Shown here one piece after another: positions 1 to 7,025 of a DNA stretch of 24,161 nt; the first letter of the stretch is position 1; every line of letters begins with the position of its first letter. Source of the stretch: an uncultured archaeon (lineage in GTDB: Archaea > Asgardarchaeota > Thorarchaeia > Thorarchaeales > Thorarchaeaceae); NCBI GenBank assembly GCA_964458565.1, contig CAYWJO010000050.1:1-24161 (forward strand). The letters run 5' to 3'. Position numbers and translations under genes: made by a program. A model generated the notes under the pieces. That model did not search any database. It worked only from the letters and a program-made list of their open reading frames with translations, and was not told the origin of the DNA.

Positions 1-99
1 CTCTCCTCCGTTGCTTTGAAAGAAATAGAGGATTTTCAGGCTAATCATTCGTTGTGGAATCTTAGGTCTAATACTAGATGCTCTCTTCTCAGCAACCAC
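1..99 (-). CDS. Possible 5' end of a gene running off the left edge
   Basis: Open minus-strand frame from GTG 99 (VAEKRASSIRPKIPQRMISLKILYFFQSNGGE...), divergent from the 344 gene across an AT-rich spacer. Too short to assign. Confidence 0.3.
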   Translation of the reverse strand, partial: MVAEKRASSIRPKIPQRMISLKILYFFQSNGGE

Positions 100-343
100 T
101 TCAGGAACGATGTAATAATTTGCATATTAATTAGCTGCTTTAATTATGATTTCGAATAATTAAGGTCAATTATCAGAATAAAAAAGACTAAATTAAAGAG
201 AGCAAAGTGAAACAAAAACTGTAGATTGATACTATGTAGATTAGGTGGTTCACACTGATATTGTCATTATACAGAATGAAAGAAATTTGAACTATCAGAG
301 GTAAGCTTAGATAGTTTCTCGAAAACATAGTGGTGGTGATTTC

Positions 344-1303
344 ATGGAGAATAAGCACGCTAGGTACATCATACCTTTAGTATTCTCTATAATCGGGATT
401 ATCCTGACTTTCTATATTCTGGGAAATATTAGTGGTCATATTGTCAATCAATTTCCAGCATTTGACAGTGTAAGAGCTTTGCCTGGAGATGCACTAAGTG
501 ATTCAAAAATGTTAATCTACATCATGATTCCATTATACATAGTTGAGTTCTTCATTCTCGCGTTGCCTATCGCTATTATAATGCTAGTTATGAATAGAAT
601 TGCAAAGTCAGTCAGGTATACTCAGAGTGTAGTTCATATTGGTGAAAGATTTGATACGACACGCATACTTGGGAGGGCTGTTGCACCTGCCTTTTTCAGC
701 CTCTCATTCTCAGAAATAATCCTTAGTTTTGCACCTCAATGGCTGTATAATGACCCCGAGGTCCCATTGGATCAAACAGCAAGATTTCTCTATTTCACTC
801 CATTATCCTCAATTAATGGAGCATTAATCACTCTTGCAGTGGCTCTGGCTATTTACATACCAACATGGGTTCTGAATGACTCAGGAGTTGTTTCACACCT
901 TAAAACATCGCAATTGGATAACCGGCAATGCCCAGATACTCATGCAGTTGGGAAGTGGTATAGCAATTTCATATCGGGATTTGCCTTAGTTACCTACCCA
1001 ATAACAATCATCTATCAGTACTTCTACGTGCTCCTTTCGTTTCCAGAAGGCGCAGAAATACCTAGCCTTTTTCTATATTCTGCAATATGGAGCTTTAGTC
1101 TCCCTCTACTCCTGATTGCTTTCGTTATTCCAGTTGTTCTATTGCACGAGTCATTATTTGAAAAATCTTCCAAAGTGATACAAAGGATAGCAAGACGCTT
1201 AGGTGCTGGTGAAATCTACGTAAAGGACTTGGATGACGTCATGCTTGATGTTTCACAGGCACTTGCTGAAGAAGTTGATGATGAATCATATTCATTCAAA
1301 TGA
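344..1303 (+). CDS. Hypothetical multi-pass membrane protein (about 6 TM segments, acidic C-terminal tail)
   Basis: 319-aa ORF; GGTGGTGA RBS-like motif just upstream; several long hydrophobic stretches; no recognisable catalytic motif. Confidence 0.8.
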   Translation: MENKHARYIIPLVFSIIGIILTFYILGNISGHIVNQFPAFDSVRALPGDALSDSKMLIYIMIPLYIVEFFILALPIAIIMLVMNRIAKSVRYTQSVVHIGERFDTTRILGRAVAPAFFSLSFSEIILSFAPQWLYNDPEVPLDQTARFLYFTPLSSINGALITLAVALAIYIPTWVLNDSGVVSHLKTSQLDNRQCPDTHAVGKWYSNFISGFALVTYPITIIYQYFYVLLSFPEGAEIPSLFLYSAIWSFSLPLLLIAFVIPVVLLHESLFEKSSKVIQRIARRLGAGEIYVKDLDDVMLDVSQALAEEVDDESYSFK

Positions 1304-1311
1304 TGGAATTG

Positions 1312-1346
1312 AAAAAAAGGGATTAACTCCCAATTATCTGGGAGTT
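1312..1346 (-). terminator. Hairpin plus T-tract terminator for the uvrA/nucleotidyltransferase operon, between convergent genes
   Basis: Perfect 8-bp inverted repeat AACTCCCA (1325-1332) / TGGGAGTT (1339-1346), followed on the minus strand by T7 (A7 at 1312-1318). Confidence 0.6.
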
Positions 1347-1372
1347 TCATTCATATGCATCAAGAATACAGT

Positions 1373-3256
1373 CTAGAAGATCAGATCGGAGGGTATGTAA
1401 TCACGGCCTTGAGAAATCTGATAGGCGGGTTGCATCATTTCAGCAGAACTCTTCTTCGTGAAACGAAGCGGTGCCTCGGTCTGTTCAATCAACTTCATTT
1501 CCACAAACTCTCGGAGATCTAGGGGCAACCAGATGTCACTGAAGTGTGTCTTCAGATCGTCATAGGAAACCTCCTCCTTCTGCTCCAATAGTCGCAGGAC
1601 TGGTTGTGCGATGGTCTCTAATCTGTCCCATAAATACATCTCCATCTTTCGTAGCACCTCATCCAATGTTGCCAAATCCTTCCTTGGATTGGTAATCATG
1701 TCGGTGAAAATCGATTGAAACATCTCAGGATTGAGCTCCAAAGCCTGTACTGTGGACTCACGAAGTGGAACCTTGCGATTCAGTAGGACCTCAATATTAG
1801 CTAGTCGTCGGATAGCAGACATGATGAACGCTATGCTGAACTGAGGGTCTTTCTTGACGTGGATTGCCTTGTATGCCTTATTTATGAGGTCCTTGCAGAA
1901 GATGTAGTTTAGAAGAACCAGATTTTCAAGGTCTCGTGACCCGATGTTTTCCATATCCTCGTATAAGTCATGGATTGTATCATCTCGTGTGAAGGCAATC
2001 TTACTTACGTTGAATGTGGAATGCAAAGGACTACCATCTGTGACTCGCTGAATTTGTTTCCTGAACTGATCCCGTGTAAATAGGTACAAATAGACCATCA
2101 CATCATTCTCAAGTCCACCAACCATCGGTTTCTGAATCTCGTCTCTCGTGACAATTAGAAGGTCGATATCGGACTTCTCCCACACTGTATCATAAGCCAA
2201 ACTACCACCTAGAATTACTGATAGAATGTACTCGTCAGATTTTGCACGTTCAACAAAGTCATTGAGAGCCTTCTCATAGTCAGCATGTACTCTAGAGCGT
2301 TCAACGGCGCGTGGCCCCACGTGTGTTGGAATCACGTCATCAGGATTGAAGGAGTCCCAACTGAAGTGATATTGAGGCTCTTGATAGTCAATACGACCTC
2401 TCTTTGTGAGTTTTACAGGTGCTACGGTTCTTCGAAGAATTCGTCTTCTGTGCAGATGTTCCATCTCAATATATGATAAACCTCTCGGGCTGAAGTGGGT
2501 TGTTATCTCAGTACCTGTAGCGGTTCCACTATTCTCTGAGATGAAATCTAGAACCGGCTTGAATACGTCAAGTGCTATCGAGTCCATGTATTCGTATGTC
2601 ATCCGAATCTTCTGGTCCAGGACCTCCTTTGTGACCTCGCTATCAATGAGTTCATCATACAATTGTGGATACAGATCTGGTAGTAACTCTCTTCCTCGAA
2701 CTACGACCTCCCGAGGGGGATAAACATCGTTGAGGTAGCACAAGAAATAACCCAGCTCACTGAGTCCGTGAATGAGTGAGTGAAAACTGTGCGCGATGTC
2801 GTTCTTGATGTAGAGATGTTTCTCTGACTTACTCAAATCATACATTACTGCATTGTAGTAGAGTATCTGAAGGTATTCTCGGTCTCGCGTCCCCACTGTC
2901 TTATTCAGATTGTTATAAAACTCGGTGAAGGAACAGTCTCTTGAGAAGAGCAGTTTGCTCTTGTTGGCGAGAAACTGCAGGATTGTTGTTCCTCTTGGGC
3001 TCTGAATTCTTCGCATGAAGTCATCACGGTTATGGATTCGGATATCAATGGGCACTCCATTTTCGATAAGGCGAGTAATTCGATGCTTACCCTCATCTGT
3101 TATGACATACATGTTGATATTCGAACGTTCAGTCACCTCATCATACGCCATGCTACCAAAGAGGATTATTGCTAGTACTCTCTTATCCATTTTAGCCCGT
3201 TCAACAAAGCTGGAAATCGCTTCTTCGAACTGCTTCCGTACTCGTGGATCTTCCAT
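1373..3256 (-). CDS. Tandem-duplicated Pol-beta-superfamily nucleotidyltransferase-domain protein: 2 x [NTase, helical bundle, winged-helix-like], 627 aa
   Basis: Repeat 1 has ILFGSMAYDEVTERSNINM and repeat 2 has VILGGSLAYDTVWEKSDIDL (hG[GS]...DxD signature), offset by 317 aa. The repeats have matching ends (APVKLTKRG..EPQY / APLRFTKKS..QPAY). Start moved from 3328 to ATG 3256, which has AAAGGAG upstream and lies 17 nt after the uvrA stop. Confidence 0.85.
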   Translation of the reverse strand: MEDPRVRKQFEEAISSFVERAKMDKRVLAIILFGSMAYDEVTERSNINMYVITDEGKHRITRLIENGVPIDIRIHNRDDFMRRIQSPRGTTILQFLANKSKLLFSRDCSFTEFYNNLNKTVGTRDREYLQILYYNAVMYDLSKSEKHLYIKNDIAHSFHSLIHGLSELGYFLCYLNDVYPPREVVVRGRELLPDLYPQLYDELIDSEVTKEVLDQKIRMTYEYMDSIALDVFKPVLDFISENSGTATGTEITTHFSPRGLSYIEMEHLHRRRILRRTVAPVKLTKRGRIDYQEPQYHFSWDSFNPDDVIPTHVGPRAVERSRVHADYEKALNDFVERAKSDEYILSVILGGSLAYDTVWEKSDIDLLIVTRDEIQKPMVGGLENDVMVYLYLFTRDQFRKQIQRVTDGSPLHSTFNVSKIAFTRDDTIHDLYEDMENIGSRDLENLVLLNYIFCKDLINKAYKAIHVKKDPQFSIAFIMSAIRRLANIEVLLNRKVPLRESTVQALELNPEMFQSIFTDMITNPRKDLATLDEVLRKMEMYLWDRLETIAQPVLRLLEQKEEVSYDDLKTHFSDIWLPLDLREFVEMKLIEQTEAPLRFTKKSSAEMMQPAYQISQGRDYIPSDLIF

Positions 3257-3273
3257 ATGTAACAACTCCTTTG

Positions 3274-6108
3274 TTAGGAAACCTCCACGACTTTCTGGAG
3301 GAACTGACCAGTGTAGGACTGCTCGCACTTGATTATGTCCTCAACAGTACCCTCAGCGATGACTTCACCGCCTTCTGCACCTCCCTCTGGCCCAAGATCA
3401 ATGACCCAATCTGAGGATTTTATGACATCCAGATGATGCTCTATGACGATTACCGTGTTACCAGCATCTACGAGCTTATGAATCGTCTTCAGAAGCATCT
3501 TGATATCCTCCATGTGCAAACCCACGGTAGGTTCGTCCATGATGTACAAGTTGTCTTTGAGTTTCTTTAGCTTGCCAAGTTCCTTCGCGAGCTTGATACG
3601 CTGGCTCTCACCACCTGACAAGGTAGGTGCAGGTTGTCCAAGCTTCAGATAACCCAGACCAAGCTCCATCATTGTCTTTGTCTTGTGGCGGATGAGTCGC
3701 GTGTCCTTGAAGAAAGCGTTAGCCTCCTCAACTGTCATCTGAAGGACTTCACCCATGTTCTTTCCATTGTATCTGATTTCAAGAACTTCGTCAGAGTAAC
3801 GATCTCCTTTACATACCGGGCAAACTGTCTGGATATCAGGCATGTATTGCAGTTCTAACCTCACGAGACCCTCACCGTTACATTCAGAGCAACGACCTTC
3901 AGTCGAGTTGTAACTGAATCGTCCAACAGTATATCCACGATCAGTTGCTTCAGGTGTTGCTGCGAAGAGTTGGCGTATCTTGTCATAGAAACCAACATAG
4001 GTTGCAGGGGTGGAACGCGCATGTCTACCAATAGGAGACTGATCTACAATTCGTACATCCACAATATTCTCTACACCTTCAAGTCCATCCATCTTACCAG
4101 GTAATACTCGGGGGTCTCTCATATCATGAAGTAGCTTGTTACCCAACACATCCTCAATCAATGTGCTCTTTCCACTGCCACTGACACCTGTGATACAGAT
4201 GAACACACCTAGCGGAAATTCTACGTCTATTCCCTTGAGGTTGTTCTCTCGAGCACCGATGACCTTGATTGTCTTCCCGTTTGGTTTCCGAGCTTTTCCA
4301 AGATAGGGAATAGTCTTTTTCCCAGTCAGATAATGACCTGTCAAGAACTTGGGATCTTCTACTACTTGTTCATAGGGACCGTTAACAACAATCTCTCCTC
4401 CATGGACACCTGGGCCAGGTCCAATTTCTATGATGTTATCAGCCTGCCTGATTGTTTCCAGGTCATGCTCGATAACGATGACCGTATTACCTGTGTCCCG
4501 TAGGCGTTTGAGGATATTCACTATACGGTTGCTATCACGCATATGAAGACCTATCGATGGTTCATCCAAGACATACATCATCCCCATCAGTTCTGAACCA
4601 AGTTGAGCTGACAGTTTGATTCTTTGTGCTTCTCCTGCAGAAAGGGTTCTTGCACGTCTATTCAACCGGAGATAGTAGAGACCTATGTCATCGAGAAGTT
4701 GGATTCTCTTTCTCAATTCACTGATAACCTGATTACCTGCCTTCTCTTTCTCCTTCGGAACCTTAATGGAATCTACATATTCCAATAGATGGTTTATGAA
4801 ATACTCTCCAAGCTCATGGATATGCTTCCCGTCAACCGTGACCAGAATTCGCTGTCTGATGAGCTTCTGCCCTTGACACTCTGGACAGAGATGTTCAGCC
4901 ATCACCTTTCTATACCACTCGTAGCGTTCGCCTTTCTTTCTGTCATGTCGATAGAAACGATCGATGTAGTTGCATACTCCAAGATACCGAACCTTCTTGC
5001 CAGAATCACGATGTCGGTATTTATTAGGCCAATCCGGTGGTTCTTGAAGGATAAACTCCTCCTTGATACCATAGAATAGCTGATGCCTGATATCCTCAGA
5101 GAGTTCTTCAAATGGCGTATTCATATCGAATCCTAAATGCTGGCTGACGCTATACATCCAATACTTGGCATACCAAGACAAAGCTCCATCCTTGATACTC
5201 TTCTTAGGATTGATTACGATTAGTCGAGGTTCAGCCTTCAATAGAGTGCCCACTCCAAGACAGGTCTGACATGCATTTTCTGGAAGATTAGGAGAATATG
5301 CTCCCGGGAGTAGCTTATGCATGATGATGTGATGTTCCTTGCAACCAAAATTCTGATAGAACTTCTTTGCAGTCCCTTCAGGTAAGTTCACATCTGTGAA
5401 CTCGAATCTGATGAAACTGTTTCCTACATTCTTAGCATTCTCTATTGATATTGCAAATTGATGATACAGGTCTCGTTTGATGATGATTCGATCCACAAGA
5501 ACCTCAATCTTGTAATCCTTGGTTTCGTCAAGCTCTATCTTATCGTTGATGCCATGTGGTTCATCATCAATACGGATACGCTTGTAACCCTTCTGTCGTA
5601 TATCATCAAACAAGAAGGGATAATCCTCATCATGTATCTTATCCACGGGGGCAAGAATCTCAACACTTGTCCCCTCAGGTAAGGTCATGAGGTGATCAAC
5701 AATTTGGTTCGCATTACGTGTGTGGATCTTCTTTCCGCAGTAAGGACAATGAGCTTGACCTAGCACTGAGAAGAGGATTCTCATGTAGCTTGATATGTCT
5801 GTCATTGTACCAACAGTAGACCTTGGGTTTAATGTTCCAGTTCGCTGCTCAATAGCAACAACTGGTGACAGCCCAATGATTGAGTCTACATCAGCTCGCT
5901 CCAACATGGGTAGCATTGTTCGAGAAGTAGCTGACATGGATTCGAAGAACTTGCGTTGTGCTTCACTAAAAATTACGTCAAAAGCCAACGAAGTTTTTCC
6001 CGACCCCGACACGCCTGTTAAAACAGTTAATTTGTCGCGGGGGATATCCACATCTATATTCTTTAGATTATTCGTTCTAGCTCCTTTTACACTAATGTGT
6101 TCTCTCAT
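3274..6108 (-). CDS. uvrA: UvrA-family ABC ATPase (excinuclease ABC subunit A-like, divergent paralogue)
   Basis: Two Walker A motifs (GVSGSGKT, GVSGSGKS); Walker B/D-loop motifs (YVLDEPSIGLH, YIMDEPTVGLH); signatures LSAGE and LSGGE; GPGPGVHGG and GPEGGAEGG; Zn-binding CxxC pairs (CPYC, CQTC, CPEC, CSEC/CPVC). The UvrB-binding-like and insertion domains are present. Strong SD AAAGGAGG. Confidence 0.93.
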   Translation of the reverse strand: MREHISVKGARTNNLKNIDVDIPRDKLTVLTGVSGSGKTSLAFDVIFSEAQRKFFESMSATSRTMLPMLERADVDSIIGLSPVVAIEQRTGTLNPRSTVGTMTDISSYMRILFSVLGQAHCPYCGKKIHTRNANQIVDHLMTLPEGTSVEILAPVDKIHDEDYPFLFDDIRQKGYKRIRIDDEPHGINDKIELDETKDYKIEVLVDRIIIKRDLYHQFAISIENAKNVGNSFIRFEFTDVNLPEGTAKKFYQNFGCKEHHIIMHKLLPGAYSPNLPENACQTCLGVGTLLKAEPRLIVINPKKSIKDGALSWYAKYWMYSVSQHLGFDMNTPFEELSEDIRHQLFYGIKEEFILQEPPDWPNKYRHRDSGKKVRYLGVCNYIDRFYRHDRKKGERYEWYRKVMAEHLCPECQGQKLIRQRILVTVDGKHIHELGEYFINHLLEYVDSIKVPKEKEKAGNQVISELRKRIQLLDDIGLYYLRLNRRARTLSAGEAQRIKLSAQLGSELMGMMYVLDEPSIGLHMRDSNRIVNILKRLRDTGNTVIVIEHDLETIRQADNIIEIGPGPGVHGGEIVVNGPYEQVVEDPKFLTGHYLTGKKTIPYLGKARKPNGKTIKVIGARENNLKGIDVEFPLGVFICITGVSGSGKSTLIEDVLGNKLLHDMRDPRVLPGKMDGLEGVENIVDVRIVDQSPIGRHARSTPATYVGFYDKIRQLFAATPEATDRGYTVGRFSYNSTEGRCSECNGEGLVRLELQYMPDIQTVCPVCKGDRYSDEVLEIRYNGKNMGEVLQMTVEEANAFFKDTRLIRHKTKTMMELGLGYLKLGQPAPTLSGGESQRIKLAKELGKLKKLKDNLYIMDEPTVGLHMEDIKMLLKTIHKLVDAGNTVIVIEHHLDVIKSSDWVIDLGPEGGAEGGEVIAEGTVEDIIKCEQSYTGQFLQKVVEVS

Positions 6109-6117
6109 GAACTCATG

Positions 6118-6125
6118 CCTCCTTT
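6118..6125 (-). promoter_or_regulatory. Shine-Dalgarno sequence of uvrA
   Basis: Minus strand reads AAAGGAGG, 9 nt upstream of the ATG at 6108. Confidence 0.75.
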
Positions 6126-6359
6126 CATCAGTTCAACACTTAGCCTACCACTACACAGCTTTACCAGCCAAAAGAGCAGGCAATAGTGCCTGATGATAGC
6201 TTGAGGTCTCTCACGATTATGAGAAAGTAGTCTCAAGTCTGAAGGAAGGACATATAGTCATTTCGGTTGCCGTAACAAACGTATATCTGAGATATAATTT
6301 GAATTAAAAATCAAAATCCATAAGAGATGAATTGAGATCTATAGAACAGGGGAAGGTAA

Positions 6360-6743
6360 TTGGCCAAATCAAAGGAGAAGAGAAAGGAATCCAGCTTGGG
6401 TGCATTCATTATTATGTTGGCTATCACAGTGGTAATCGATGTAATCACATTCTTTGTGAGCCCAGAAGCATTCATCCAGGTCGCGGGTACATCAATTGGA
6501 TTAGCAACAGTTTTTTCGCTCATTGGATTTGTCTACTGCGTTTACTGTGTTCAAGAACAAGCTGAATATGAAATGAAGAGTGCAACTACAAGACTTGAAG
6601 GTCCGGATACAACACCTGGAGGTCAACGTAGGTTCACATGTTCTGAGTGTGGGGGGATAGGATACTACGAGATAGATGATGCCAACATCATAAACCATGT
6701 TGTCTGTAGATACTGCGGAAAACCATTCACGCCGCATGGTTAA
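6360..6743 (+). CDS. Small 2-TM membrane protein with C-terminal zinc ribbon
   Basis: TTG start after GGAAGGT; basic N-terminus; two hydrophobic helices; C-terminal CSECGG...CRYCGKPF. Confidence 0.8.
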   Translation: MAKSKEKRKESSLGAFIIMLAITVVIDVITFFVSPEAFIQVAGTSIGLATVFSLIGFVYCVYCVQEQAEYEMKSATTRLEGPDTTPGGQRRFTCSECGGIGYYEIDDANIINHVVCRYCGKPFTPHG

Positions 6744-7025
6744 ACAGATTGTGTTTCTGAATAAATCACGGATTCTTCTTCATCAAGATTTACGATCGGT
6801 TCGTGGAAGGTTTCTCTTGCTTTTTATGAGTAGTAGGATAATACTCGTTGCGATTTACTCGCAGAGAGATTCTACCTGATTTGGCCTTTGTTTTAAAAAG
6901 GATTGAAAAAACAGGATAACCTAACAGAATTAACAGATTCTCAAAAATTATAACTGATTAGTGATATTATCAAAAGGAGATGCAGAGTCATCAATAGGAG
7001 ACTCAGTAAGGTAGTTATTCGCGTC

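Noticed and set aside
1373-3256. Interpretation as a classical MNT-HEPN toxin-antitoxin or a CBASS CD-NTase
   Set aside because: No clear HEPN RxxxxH RNase motif in the helical domains, no adjacent Cap effector or Cap2/Cap3 genes, and the architecture includes wHTH-like tails.
3257-3328. 24-aa N-terminal extension of the NTase ORF overlapping uvrA
   Set aside because: ATG 3256 has an AAAGGAG SD, avoids the overlap and aligns with the start of repeat 2.
5795-6193. 132-aa plus-strand ORF antisense to the uvrA 5' end, and other short ORFs within 2285-5682
   Set aside because: Typical antisense or alternate-frame shadows of a strongly conserved gene, with no RBS or motifs.
1304-6359. Mobile element boundaries around the uvrA-NTase cassette
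   Set aside because: No terminal inverted repeats, target-site duplication, tRNA or recombinase gene found by eye.
6697-6879. 60-aa ORF overlapping the end of the Zn-ribbon gene
   Set aside because: Short, overlapping, and without RBS or motif; probably spurious.
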